From contig JABVCE010000002.1 of assembly GCA_014905635.1 (NCBI GenBank), forward strand, positions 1,488,001 to 1,552,000: 64,000 nt of DNA. The letters are read 5' to 3'. Shown here piece after piece: positions 46,268-58,590 of this stretch (within the stretch, counting starts at the first letter, position 1; every line of letters begins with the position of its first letter). The notes under the pieces are model-generated. The model worked only from the letters and a program-made list of their open reading frames with translations. It was not told where the DNA came from and did not search any database. The DNA comes from Scenedesmus sp. PABB004 (Eukaryota). The translations under genes were made by a program, and so were the position numbers.

Positions 46268-49200
46268 TCAGCCCGGCGCCGGCTGGCGCGTCCGCGCCCA
46301 GGCCGCCCAGGCGCAGAGCTGCTCCACGACGAGGCAGCCCGCGCGCACGTAGTCCGGCTGCTTGGTCACCATCTTGCCGCGCAGCCTGGCCTGCATGTGC
46401 GCCACCGCGGCGGCCTGCCGCGGGCGCAGCAGCTCAAAGGCCACTTTGAGGCAGGGCGCCTCGTTCCACACAAAGTGGAGCCACCCCGGCTCCACGTTGA
46501 CTGCCTCGCCGGCGCGCTGCTCCACGAGGACCGCGTGCTGCGGCCCGAGGTGCGCCGCCAGGCTGTCCGCGTCCTCGCGCGCGAGCGCCAGCCCCGCCAG
46601 CAGCTCGCCCGCGGCCGCCTCCACCTGGCGCGACGTGAAGCCCGGGAACAGCTGCTGCTGCGCCCCGCCCGGCGCCGGCGACTCTGCGCGCCCCTCCGCG
46701 CCCGCCGCCGGCTCCTCCGGCGCCGGCGCCGCCTGCGGCGGGCGCTTGCGCCCGCTGCGCGGCCGCGCCCGCGCCGCGCCGCGCTCCGGCAGCCTCGGCG
46801 CCGCCGCGGGCGCGGCGGGCGCCTCCTGGGGCGCGCCGTGCCGGCGGCGCAGCAGCCAGTCGACCATGCGCCGCCACGCGTCGGGCGCGGGCGAGACGAA
46901 CAGCCACACCGCGAGCACCTGCCGGCGCCGCGCCTCGCTCCACGCCTCGCCGGCGAGGAGCAGCGGCCAGGCGAAGGTCAGCGCGGCCGCGGGGTCGATG
47001 TGCCCCGGCGTGCGCGTGCCGGCGACGCCGACCAGTATCAGCGTGTCGTCAAACAACGCGCCGGCGCCGCGCCGCGTGAGGTTGCCGCCGCTGCCAGGGG
47101 CCAGCAGCGAGGCGGCGGCCGCGCGCAGGATGAAGGCGTTCAGCAGGTGCACCGCGCTCGGCCGCCGCGCCGCGCTCGCGCCCCGGGCGCCGGCGCCGCG
47201 GGAGGCGGCGGCGGCGGCAGCTCCCCCTGCTGCTGCTCGCCCTGAGCCGGCACGGCCGCCGCCGCTCCTGCCGGCGGCGCGCCGGCCTGCGGGCCGCGCC
47301 GGCCGCGCGCCCGCCGCCCGGCTGCCGCGCCCGCGCCCTCTGCTGCCGCGCGCTGCTCCGCCCCGGGCTCCGGCGCCTGCGGCGGGCTGGTCGCATGCGC
47401 CGCGCCGGCGGACCCACACCCCGCCCCTGCGCCCACCGCCGCCTCCTGCTGCTCAGCCGCCTCCTGCAGCTCAGCCGCCGCCGCCTGCTCCGCGGCCGCG
47501 GCCGCCGCCTGCTCCGCGGCCGCGGCCGCTGCCGCCTCCTCTTCGGCGGCCGCGGCCGCCGCCAGCTCCTGCTCCTGCCGCGCCAGGGCGCCGGCCGCCT
47601 CCGCCGCCGCGGCCGCCGCGGCTGCCGGGCTGGCGCCGGGCGCCCGCGCCGCGGCCGCCCGCATGACGCGCGCCGCCTCGCCCAGCGCCACGGTGGCGGG
47701 GTTGAGTTGACCGTAGTGCCCCGCCTGCGTCACGCGGCCCACCAGGATGGCCGCCAGCGCCGCCGAGTCGGGCGGCGGGCCGTCCGGCGCCGCCGCGGCG
47801 CCCGCGCTGCCGGCGGGCGGCCTGTCCGGCGGCTTGGCACGCAGCGCCCTGTCGACGGGGAGCTCCAGGTGCCGGTACATGATGCCCCCCAGCAACTCCT
47901 CCAGCTGCGACACGCTCACACCCAGGGCGGGCGGCAGCAGCAGCGCCGCGCCGCCCTCGCACACGCCGGGCAGCGCCTGCGGCGGACGCGCGGGCGGCGT
48001 CGGGCGCCGTCGGGGCTGCGCGCGCGGCACCGTGGGCGCGCTGCGCCAGCCGCGCGCCAGCCGGCGGCGGGGCGCACGCACCTGGTGCGTGCAGGCGAAG
48101 GGCGGCGCCTCGACGCCGGCGCCGCACGCCTCGGCGAGCCAGGCGAGGGCCTCCAGCTGGTCATCCTCCAGCAGCCGCATCGGCGCGGCGGCGGCGGCGA
48201 CCGCCTTGCGCTGCCGGCGCAGCCGCGCGCTCGGCAGGCCCGCGTGCGCGGTGGCGGCCTCGTCCAGCACCAGCGCGACGCAGTTGGAGCAGAACACGGC
48301 GCAGCCGCGCTCGGTCAGAGCGCCCGCCATGTGGGCCACCAGCGGCTCGACGTGGCTGCACAGGCTGCACAGCCCGCGCTGCTCCGCGGCGGGCAGGTGC
48401 GCCAGCGCCGCCAGGCCGCGCAGCTTGGCGGGCAGCTCGGCCACGCCGCGCACGCGCAGCATCACGGCCAGCGCCTGCAGCAGCTCTTTCACCTCCGCGA
48501 GCGCGGCGCCCGACAGCAGCAGCGCCGCGCCCGTGTGCGCCGCGGGCTCGGCGGCGGGCGCGGGCGGCGCGTCGGGCGCGGCGGCCGCGTCGCCGAGCAG
48601 CAGGGCCGGGCCGGGCGTGCCGCTGCTGGCGAGCGCGAGCGGGCTGCACGGCGTGCTGCCGTCCGCGCTGGCCCGGCGGCCGAGCGGCGTGGCGACCGGC
48701 GACAGGCCCTGGTGCCTCTGCTCCGCCGGAGCCTGCTTGCGCGCCTGCAGCTGCGGCTGCGGCTGCGCCGCAGGGGCGCCGGCCAGCCCTGGCTGCGGCC
48801 GCTCCGGTGCCGGGGCTGCGGCGGGCGGCAGGCCGCTGCCAGGGGCGCCACACGCCGCGGCGCCGGCGGCGGTGCCAGGCTGGGTGCCGCCCCCGCCGCC
48901 GCCGCCGTTGCTGCTCGCGGCAGCGGCCGCAGGCCGCTGCTCCGCGCCCTCGCTCCCAGGCGGGCCGACGGCGCCGCCGTGGGCCACCAGCCGAGCGGCT
49001 GCCTGCGCGGTCCGCGCGGGAGCCTGTTCGGGCGCTGCCTGCTGCGCCGCGGTGCCCGCGCTGCCCCGCTCGGCGCGCGGCACGTGCTTCTTGGGCGGCG
49101 GCGGCAGGGGCCGGAACTGCTGCTGCTGGTTCTGGTGCTGCTGCCGCTGCTGGTGGTGCTCCTGGTGCTGGTGCTGGTGCTGCTGGCGCTCCTGCTGCCG

Positions 49201-49413
49201 CTGTCGCTGCTGCCGCGGCTCGTCGCCGGCGCCGCTGCTCGCGCCGCCGCCGTGTTGCACGTCCCCGTGCAGGCGCTTGCGCCCCGACTGCCGATGCTGC
49301 GCCACCGCCGCGCCCAGGCTCTGCGCCAGCAGCCGCGCGCCGGGAGCAAACGGCGCCGCCGCCGTGCGCGGCGGCGGCCCCGCCGCGCGGCCCTCCGCCG
49401 CGCGGCCCTCCAT
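46268..49413 (-). CDS. Divergent JmjC-domain (2OG-Fe(II) oxygenase) protein with upstream Cys/His cluster; apparent frame break near 47183
   Basis: LILVGVAGTRTPGHID (HxD), AVWLFV, VEQRAGEAVNVEPGWLHFVWNEAPCLKVAFE (distal His); LCSLCSH...H...GCAVFCSNC. Confidence 0.7.
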
Positions 49414-50106
49414 GTTCGGTAGAGCGAGCGAGCGTCGGCGGGGGGCTTGTCGGGGCGCGGGGGACAGCGCGATGAGCGCGGCGGCAGGCTCGGGGTTTGG
49501 GGGCGGCGCAGCGACGACGCGCTTGCAACTCGCGCGCCGCGAAGCCACGCGCGCGGGCATCCCCGTCAAATGATCGACCGGGCGGCGCTGTCGGCCTGCA
49601 ATCAGAGGCGCGCACGCACGTCGCACGTGCCAGGGCCAGGCCGCCGTGCGCGGCGCCGCGCGGCGCCGAGGAGAAGAGACCCAAGCCGCCCCCGCCGCCC
49701 TCCCGCACCCTCGGGCCCTCCCTCCCCGCCAAGCAATCAATGGTCAAGGACAAAGTGCGCGCGCTGCAGCCCCGCGCGCTGCAGCCCCATCCTGCGGAGG
49801 TGGTGTGGTGAGGTGTGGCTGACCGTCGTGTGGGCACACAGGGATTCTCAGCGTGCCTGCCAAAAGCTGAAGGCTACTCTAATCCAGGGCTGTTCTTCAC
49901 AGCGCGTCACGTCAGTCGGGGCGAGCATGCGCGCGCACGGCGCGACACAGCCGCGGCCGCGCCGTGCCGCCGCCTGCCCCCCGCCTCCGCGCCCCCGGCC
50001 AGCTCCAACCAGAGAGAGAGCGTGAGATAGCAGCAGCAGCTCACCCCCCTCAGGCCCGAGCGAGGGCTCCCCGACACGTGTCCATGCATGCGCGCAGGTG
50101 CGCTCC

Positions 50107-51075
50107 TCACGCCGGAGCGGGCGCCGCCGGCGCGGGCGCGCCGCCGGCGGCGATGCCGGCGATCAGCGTCGCCAGCGCGGCCGCGGGGTCGCCGCTCGTG
50201 GGCTTGACCTCGCCCGCCGCCGCGAGGCCCGCCGTGTCGACGGCAGGCCCCGGCGCGAGCACCGCCGCGAGCGCGGCGGCCTGCTGCTCCACCGGCGGCG
50301 CGGGCGGCACCGCCGGCACGGCCGCCAGCAGCGCCTGCGCCACCGCCTCGGCCGACGGCGCGGGCACGGCCGCGACCGCCGGCGCCGCCGCCGCCGCCGC
50401 CGCGGTCGCGTCGGCTTTCTGGCCCTCCAGCGCGACGGCCGCGAGCGTGAGCTGCTGCAGCTGCGCGACCAGCGAAGGCGCCGCGGCCGCCGGCGCGGCC
50501 GCCGCGCCGGGCTGCTGCTGGAGCAGGCCGAGCGCCTCGAGCAGCTGCGTGGCCTTGGTGAGGTCGGTCGACGCCGTGGCCGGCAGCGGCGCGGCCGCAG
50601 GCGCGGGCGCGGGCGCGGGCGCCACCTGGCTGGCCGCCAGCAGCTGCTGCAGCAGCTTCGCCTGCGCGTCGGCGCCGCTGGCGTCGCCCGCCGGCGCCGC
50701 GGCGCCGCCCGCCAGCGCCGCCAGCAGCTGCTGCACGCCCGCCGCGGGCGGCGTCGCGGGCTGCGCCGGCGCGGCGGCCCGGTCGGCCAGGCCCAGCAGC
50801 GACAGCAGCCCTGCGGCTGCGTTGGGCGCGGCCGCCGCGGGGGCCGCCGGCGCCGCCGCAGCCTGCTGCGCCTGCATCAGCGCCTGCAGCATCGCGAGCG
50901 CCTCGTCCTGCCCCGCGGGCGCGGCCGGCGGCGCGGCCGGCGGCGCGGGCGCCGCCGCGCCCGGCGCCGTCGCAGCGCCCGCCAGCAGCGCCTTGAGCGC
51001 GTCGAGCGCCTCCAGGCCGCCGCCGCCGCCGCCGCCGCCGCCCCCCCCAGCCGCCGCCGCGCCGGTCGGCGTGCC

Positions 51076-51106
<31 letters not shown>

Positions 51107-52032
51107 CCGCGGCGCCGCCCGTCCCGCTGAGCAGGGCGCTGAACATCCTGAGCGCCTGGCTCTGCTGCGCCGCCTGCTGCTCCGCCGCCATCTCCGCCTG
51201 CATCTGCTGCTGCAGCCACACCGGGTCGTCCTCCGGCTTGCGCAGCTCCGACTCGGCGTGCGCGAAGAAGCAGACGCGGCGCTTGCAGCCCACGCCGTCG
51301 GTGCACATCTGCGGGGCGGGAGGCGCGCGCGTCGGCCGCCGCCTGGCGCGCGCGCTGTGCGCGGCGCCGGCCGCCGCCCACCTGCGTCCTGTAGCGCGAG
51401 GGGTGAAGCCAGCACTCAAACACGCCGTGCGCAAACGGGCACGCGTCCTGGCGCCGGCAGCAGCCGTTCTGCGGGCGGCGGCGCGGCGCGCGCAAAGCAT
51501 GGGCCCCCGCCCGCGCGCCTGCTGGGAGGCGGCGGCGGGTGGCGCCGCCGCCGGCGGCGCGGGGCTGCCCCGGACGCCGCCGGCGCAGCGCCGGCGAAAC
51601 AGACGGCGGCGCCTCACCCGCCGGAACTCGGGGCACGCCGTGCCGGAGTACCGGTAGCGCTTGGGGCAGCGGCGCTTGGCTTTCTCGCCGGGGTGGGCGA
51701 AGGGGCACTGCGCGAGCGGGCGGCCGGGTGGGCCGGCGCTCGAGGGCCTCCGCGCGCCGAATTGGCGCCCAGCGGCCCCGCCGCGCCGGCCCCGGCCGCA
51801 CCTGGGTCCAGTCGTGCGGTCGGGCGCGCGGGCAGCGCTTCACCTGCGCGCATGGCGGGCGGCGAGGCGCGTTTGCGCGCCTGCAGCTCGGGGGGCCGCT
51901 GCGGCGCGCCCGGGGCGCCTGCCGGGCCCGGCGCGGCGCGTGGGGGCGCACCTTGAAGTGGTAGATGCGAAACTCGTCGCTGCTGAACGCGGCGGCGTCC
52001 AGGTCGAACACCACGTCCTTCCTGCCCTCCAT
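50107..52032 (-). CDS. Plant-type tandem CCCH zinc-finger RNA-binding protein (RR-TZF/unkempt-like); apparent frame break near 51041-51110
   Basis: [82 protein letters not shown]; Ala/Gln-rich tail. Confidence 0.9.
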
Positions 52033-52234
52033 CGTGGCGGCGGGCCGGTGAGCGCGCCTAAGAATTGGACTGGCGACGCAGGCGCCAGAAAGAATGCCGC
52101 CCCGGCGCCGGCGGGGCGGCCGTGGGCCGGCGGCGGCGGCGGCGGTCCGCGGCGGCAGGGCTTTTGTTTACCGCGCTCGCCGCGCGCTCAGAGCCTGAGC
52201 GTAGCTGCTCGCCACGCCGCCGCTCGCCGCGCGC

Positions 52235-55200
52235 TCAGAGCTGGGAGACCTGGAAGTACGCGTAGCTGCTCGTCGCGTGGCTCGCCGCCGCGGCGCCGGT
52301 GGCCTGCAGCGCGGCGTTCCACAGCGCCTCGCTCGCGCGCGCCGAGGCAAGGCGGTACGTGTTGGCCTGCAGCGCCGCGAGCGCGTCGGTGCCGCTCGCG
52401 GCGAGCGCGTGCTGGAGCCGCTCCAGGTCGCCTGCGGCGGCGGCGGCGGCCAGGGCGGGGGCGGCGTCAGCACAGGCCACGCGCGGGCGGTCCCGTCCGC
52501 CGCGCGCGCGCGAGCTCACCCCCCCCCCCCCCCGCGCCGCGCACCCCCGTGAGCGCGGCCGCCACAAAGCCGACCGCCTGGCCCTGGTGGCTGCCGCTCG
52601 CGACGCCCGCGTCGACGAGGCCCGAGATGTCACGCAGCAGGCCCACCTCGGCCATCTTGCCCGCGAGCCGCGCCAGCTGCGGCGGGCTCAGCTGCGCGCG
52701 GTGCGCCAGCAGCAGCTGCGCGGCGCGCCGCGTCACGTCTGCGGGCGCCGCGGCGGGGCGGCGGGCGGGCGGTGAGGGCGCGCAGTCGGCGCGGCGCGCG
52801 ATATCACCGCCGCGGCGCGGAGCCTCCCGGCGGGCGCCCCACGCGCGGCCGCACCCGTGATGCCGGCGGCCTGGCTGCCCTCGACCAGCCGCATCGCGAG
52901 CGTCAGCGCCGACGCCGGCGGCGGCTGCGCGGCGGCCGCGACCGCGCTCGCGGCCGCCACGAGCCCCGCCGCGCTGCCGCCGGGCTGGTCCCACGCCGCG
53001 CCGCGGCCGTCGCCGCCGTCGCCGCCCGCGCTCGCGCGCTTCGGCGCGTCGGCAAACGCCCAGCCGTGCTGCAGCGGCGCACCCCACGCGACCGCCCCGC
53101 CCGCGAGCGGGTCGTCGTCGCCGTCGCCGGGCGCCGCCGCGTCTGGCGGGAGCTGATAGTTGTCAACAAACAGGCCGCCAAAGCCCATGATGCCCCACAG
53201 CTGCGCCTGCTGCTTGGCCGCGGCCGGCGGCGGCGGCGCGGCCGCCGCGGCCGCGAGCGCGCCGGCGCCCGCGAGCGGCGCCGTCACGCCCGCCGCCGCG
53301 AGCGCGTCCGCGCCGGGCGCGCCGCCGCCGCCGCCGCCGAGCGACGCCGCGGCGGCGTCGCCGAGGGACTGCGCGTACGCCTCGCTGCTCGCGAGCGCGG
53401 CGCGGTCCTTGCAGCCGCGCAGCAGCGCCTCGCAGCACACGCACGCGCGCCGCCACTGGCCTGCGGGGCGCGGCGCGCCGGCGGCGTGCGGTCGCACAAA
53501 GGGCAGCCCGGAGAGGGGGGCTGGCGCGCCGCGGCCGGCGCCGCCGCGGCCGGCGCCGCCGCGGCCGGCGCCGCCGACAGCTGCAGGAGCCGCGCGCACC
53601 GGTGGCCATGCAGAGCTCCGCCTCCATCTGCAGGGAGAGGCCCTGCAGGCCCATGAGCGCCAGGTGGGCGCCCGGCACGCCGCCCTGGAGGAAGAGGAAC
53701 GACGCGAGGCCGTCGTGCTGCCCCGGCGCGAGCGCGTGGCGCCCGACCGCGACCGCGCCGACCAGGTCGCCCTGCGCGCACAGGCAGCGCGCGCGGATGC
53801 CTGCGGCAGCGCCGGCGCGGCGGCGGGGCGGCGCGGCGCGCGTCGGCGGCGCGTCGGGCGCGCGGGCTGGCCAGGGCGGCCCCGTGGCCGCCGAGCACGC
53901 GCAGCCCCTCGCGCAGCGCTCCCCCCACCTGGGTGGCCGAGCGACACCAGCTGCGGCTGGCCGAGGCAGTTGACCAGCCACAGGTTGCCCTGCCGCGGCC
54001 CCAGCAGCGCCAGCGGGCCCGCGGGGCGCGGCACGGGGCCCGGCAGCGACGCGTCGCTGCCGCTGCTGTCCGCGCGCAGGCTGCTGGTGGCGGTCGTGCC
54101 GGTGAGGCTCGCCAGCTGCACAATCTGCGGGCGGCAGGCGGGGACAGTCAGTGCGGCGGCGTGCGGCACGTCGGCGAGCCCCCGCACCGCAGCAAGCACG
54201 AGGGAGGGGGAGGGGTCAGGGCGCCGGCCGCCGCAGAGCGCGGCGCCGACGCACACAGCGCACGCAGCGCGCCGCCCACCTGCAGCGTGCTCGTGGCGTC
54301 CGCGCCCGCCCCCGGCTCGTCCAGCAGGCTGACGCCGCCCGAGGGCCCCTCCTCGGCCGCCACAAACGCAAGCAGCAGGCTGGTGGGCGTGGCGATGTAC
54401 AGCTGGCGCACGCCCCACGCAACGCCGGTCGTCCCCGCGACGGGCAGGCTGCCCAGCGCCTCCAGCTGCGGCTGCGCGCGGAAGACCTGCACCTGCCGGG
54501 GGTAGGCCAGCGCCAGGTAGCGCAGCGTGGGGTCCCACGACACCACGCTCGGCTCTGGCAGCTCCGGGCCGACCTGCGGCGCGGCCGGCGGCAGCGCGGG
54601 GCTGGGCGCGGGCGGCGGCGCGCGGGCGAGCGGGCGCGCGCCGCGTCGTCCGCGTCGTCCGCGTGTGCTGGCACACCTTGGTGGTGGTGTTCCAGCTGAA
54701 CAGCTGCAGCACGGGCGAGCTCTCCTCGCCGCTGAGCTCCGCGCCGCTGCTGGTCATGCGCTTCAGCGCGACGCCCAGCAGCGGCCCGCCGTGCACCCCG
54801 ACCGGCACGTCCCCCGACAGCGGCACCTGGCGGCGGGCGGTGGGGGCGGCGTGGGCGGCCGGCGCGGCGCGCCACGGCCCGGCGCGGCGTGGTGCCGCGG
54901 GGGCGCCGCGCACCTGCTGGCAGGTCGTCGTCACGCCCAGGCCGTCCAGGGCCTTGATCCGCACCACCGTGCCCGCCGCCACGCTCGCGGCAATGACCGC
55001 CGCCTCGGCCGCGGCGAGCTTCGGGTCGTCGCGCTTGGCCCAGCCGCGCTTGGGCTTGCCGCCCGACGCGACCGGCGGCGGCGGCTCGTCCAGCACCGCA
55101 AACTCGCTCCTGCGCGGCCGCCGGCGGGGCACGGGCCACGCGTCGGCGCGCCGCGCGTCGGCGCGCCGCGCGTCGGCAGCCCCGCGCGCGCGCGCGCGCG

Positions 55201-57567
55201 CGCGCCGCGCCTGTGGCTGTGCCAGGCGAGGTCGACCGCGGAGCCCGCGTCCACCTGGCTCCACGTGCCCGCGAGCGTGCGGTAGTAGACCACGTAGCTG
55301 CGGCTCGCGGGCCAGCAGAGGCTCACGTAGTCGCCGCCGCCGCTCACGCCCACGATCGCGCGCCCCGTGCGCCCGCCGGCGGGGCCGATGCGCTCCTGCG
55401 ACAGCACCGCCGGCACGAGCTGCCGCACGCCGCCCACGTCCTGCGGGGCCCGCGGCGCGCGGCGGGAGCGCGTCAGCGCGGGCGCGCGCGTCGGCACGTG
55501 ATACGTGTCGGCGCGCTCGGGCTGGGTCAGGGCGTGAGCGCACACTCGGCGGGCCGGCGCCGCACCTTCTCGACCGCCGCCGCGGTGACGTACCACACCG
55601 CGTCGCCCATGTGCGCGACGTACGCCGCGGCGACGGGCTCCGGCGGCAGGCGCAGCGCGGGGCTGACGTGCGCGGCGGCGAGGTTGGCCAGCGGCAGCGC
55701 CGCGAGCGGGAGGGGGTACATGCGGTCAAAGGTGAGGAAGGCGAGCCCCGAGTTGGCGCCCACGGCGACGAGGTTGGGCCGCGCGGGGGTGCTCGCGACG
55801 ACGTAGGCCTTGGGGACCTTCTTGGAGCCTGGCCGCACGCGGCGGCGCGCCACACCGCGCGCGCGGCGGGCGCGCGGTGAGCCCGGGGCCAGGCAGTGCG
55901 GGCGCGGGCGCGAGCCCCCGCCCCAGCTGCGCGCGCGCAGCGCGGGACGCGCGCACGCGCGCACCCGGCGGCACGAGGCCCGCGAGGTTGGCGCACATGC
56001 GCAGCCCGCGCTCGGGCGGCAGTGACGCGAGCGTGAACGCGGCGACGACGCCGGGGCCGTTGACGGTCGCGAGCAGCGCGTGCGCGCCCGACAGGTTGAA
56101 GTACCTGCGCGCGGCAGCGGCAGCGGCAGCGGCAGCGGCAGTGCGCGGGCGGGCGGGCGAGCGGCGGCGAGCTGGGCGGGCCACCGCGGGGCGCGAGACC
56201 GCGCGGCTGGCGCGGCGCAGGCGCGGCGTAGGCGGGCCCGGCGGCGGCGGCGGCGCGGCGCGCCTGTGGCTGTACGCGAGGCTCGTCGCGGGGCTCTTGG
56301 CGTCGAGCTTGGTGCGCCAGACCTCGGCAAACGTGCTCGCGTCCCACGCGACGAGGCGGTGGTCCGCGCCCGCGGTGAAGACCTTGGCCGCCGCCTGCTC
56401 CGCGTCCTCCGGCCCGGGCGTGAGGCACGCCGCCCACACCTCGCCCGCGTGGCCCGCGACCGCGAGCCGCGGCGCGATCTCCCGGTCCGGCGACCCCAGC
56501 GGCGCGCGCCAGGGCTCCCACACAAACAGGCCGCCCGCAGAGTCGCCGCCGAGCAGCAGGTCGGCGCTCGGAACAAAGACCGCGGGCGCCGCCGGCAGCG
56601 CGGCCGCGCCGCGCCGCGCGCCGCCGCCGCCGCCGCCGGTCTCGCCCGCGGCCGCCTTGAACGCCGCCTTGCTCGGCAGCGCCAGCAGGCAGGTGATGGC
56701 GGCCTTGTGGTTGGCCGCCAGGCGGCCGATGACCTGCGGCGCCGCGTGCGCCGCGCGGCGCCCCGTTCGTTGGCGCGCCGCGCCGCGCGCGCGCGGCCGC
56801 GCCGCGGAGCGCAGCGCAGCGCCACGCGCCGCGCGCACCCGCAGCGTCGCGAGGTGCAGCAGGCGCACGGCGCCGTCGGCGCAGCCGATCGCGAGCACGG
56901 GCGAGGTCATGAGGCTGCCCGCGTCGCGCGCGCCGCCGGGCGCGTGGGGGCCGCCGCGGAAGAGGAACGCCACGCACGTGGGCGCCTTGCCGTCCAGCGC
57001 GGCGCGCGGGACCTCAAAGGGCTTGCGCGTGTTGAGGTCGTACAGCAGCACCTTGTTCTCACACACCACCACCAGCAGCCTGTGGCGGCGTGCGCGCGGC
57101 ATGGCGCAGGCGGCAGGCCGGCGGCGCTCGGGCGGCGGCGCTCGGGCGTGCGCGGCGGCGGCGGCGTGCGCGGCGGTGCGGCGCGGTCGCCGTGCGGGCG
57201 CCCAGCGCCGCACGCCGCGCCGCGCGCCGCACCGCGTGCCGTCGAGCGCGTGCACGCCCGCCGCGCTGGGCGGGTTGGTGGACGAGCCGTTGACCATCGC
57301 GTGCGCCGCCGCGGTCTGCCAGTACGCGACCTCCGAGTCGAGGAAGCGCACGGCCCGCACCTTGCCGCTCGGCACGCGGCTCGGCACGTGGCTGAGCGCG
57401 CTGGGGTTGGTGATGAAGGCCGGGTCCTTGGGCGGCACCAGGTTCATCGCCGCCTCCATGCTGCCCTCGTCGTCGCCGCCGCCGAGCTGCAGGTCGTGCA
57501 GCAGCTGCGCGCGGCGCGGCCGGCGGCGCGGCCGGCGGCCGGCGTCGGCCGGCGTCGGCCGGCGCGG

Positions 57568-57608
<41 letters not shown>

Positions 57609-58018
57609 GCGGCGGCGGCGCGGCGACCGCGCCGTCCGCCAACCGCCGCCGCTGCTGTGCTCGTGCTGCTGCGCGCGCGTCCGCCCCGCGCGCGTCCGCC
57701 CCGCCCGTTGCTCGCCGCGCCGCCGGCGCCGTCCCACCTGCTGCGTGGTCCAGTCCCACACGCGCACATGGTCCGCCTTGTCCGCAAAGGCGATCCAGGG
57801 CTGCACGGGGTGGAACTCCACCGACTTGACCTGCGCCCGCAGCGCAGCGGCCAGGGCGCCCGCTCAGGCTGGCGCAGGCCCCGTATCTGTCCGCTCCGCG
57901 CACGCCGGCGCGCGCGGGGGGCCTGCCGCGGCGGGGCGGGCCCCCATCTCGCGCGCTGCTGCTGTTGCCCCGCACGCGCCTTGTCGCCCGTGGCCGCGAA
58001 GCCCCGCAGCTGCAGCAT
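52235..58018 (-). CDS. TSET/TPLATE complex WD40 subunit (TWD40-2/TTRAY2-like), about 16 exons
   Basis: MLQLRGFAATGDK-VKSVEFHPVQPWIAFADKADHVRVWDW, VRAVRFLDSEVAYWQ, LLVVVCENKVLLYDL, KVPKAYVVASTPARPNLVAVGANSG, LGHPGIRARCLCAQGDL resemble recalled plant TWD40-2 motifs. Confidence 0.85.
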
Positions 58019-58590
58019 CGTTGCGGTGACACGCGCTCTGGAGCGTGCGCCTCCGAGCTCAAGCGCTCACGCGCGCATCGCCGGGCCCTCGCTGCCGGTC
58101 GGCTGCGCCGCTGCTCGCCCCCGCCGCCGCTGGCTCGGTCGGCGGCACGCAGCTGCCTGCCGCCCTCTCGTATGTGTGTGTGTGTGCGCATGTGGCGGCG
58201 GGTGACCGCACTCGCTGGCGGCGGGGCGCGCGCGTGAACCGCGTCACAGTCAACCGCCGCGTCACGCGGAGAAGGTTGCCGAAAACCAGCCCCGGGCCTG
58301 CAGATGTACACCTCCCGCCGGGGCTCGCGCGCCGTCGCTCACACTCGCAGCACCCCGCTCGCCGCGTGCAGCCGCGGCGGTCCGAGCATGCGGGCGCGGC
58401 GGCCCCCCGCCGCGCGCCCGACCCGGCCATGCGAGACGATGTCAGTGCGCGCCATGGGCAGTGCCTGCAGTGCATCGCAGCATGCAGCGAGGGGGAGCTA
58501 ACCGATGTACACGTGCGCGGCGCCGCCGCCCTGCGCGGCCGCGCGACGCCGCGCGGCCGCGGCGGGCGCCGGCGCGCGCGGGCCGCGCCC

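Noticed and set aside
49560..49920. Less GC-rich island as a possible ncRNA or insertion
   Set aside because: Lies where the JmjC promoter and TZF 3' UTR are expected; no snRNA, snoRNA or tRNA motif recognised.
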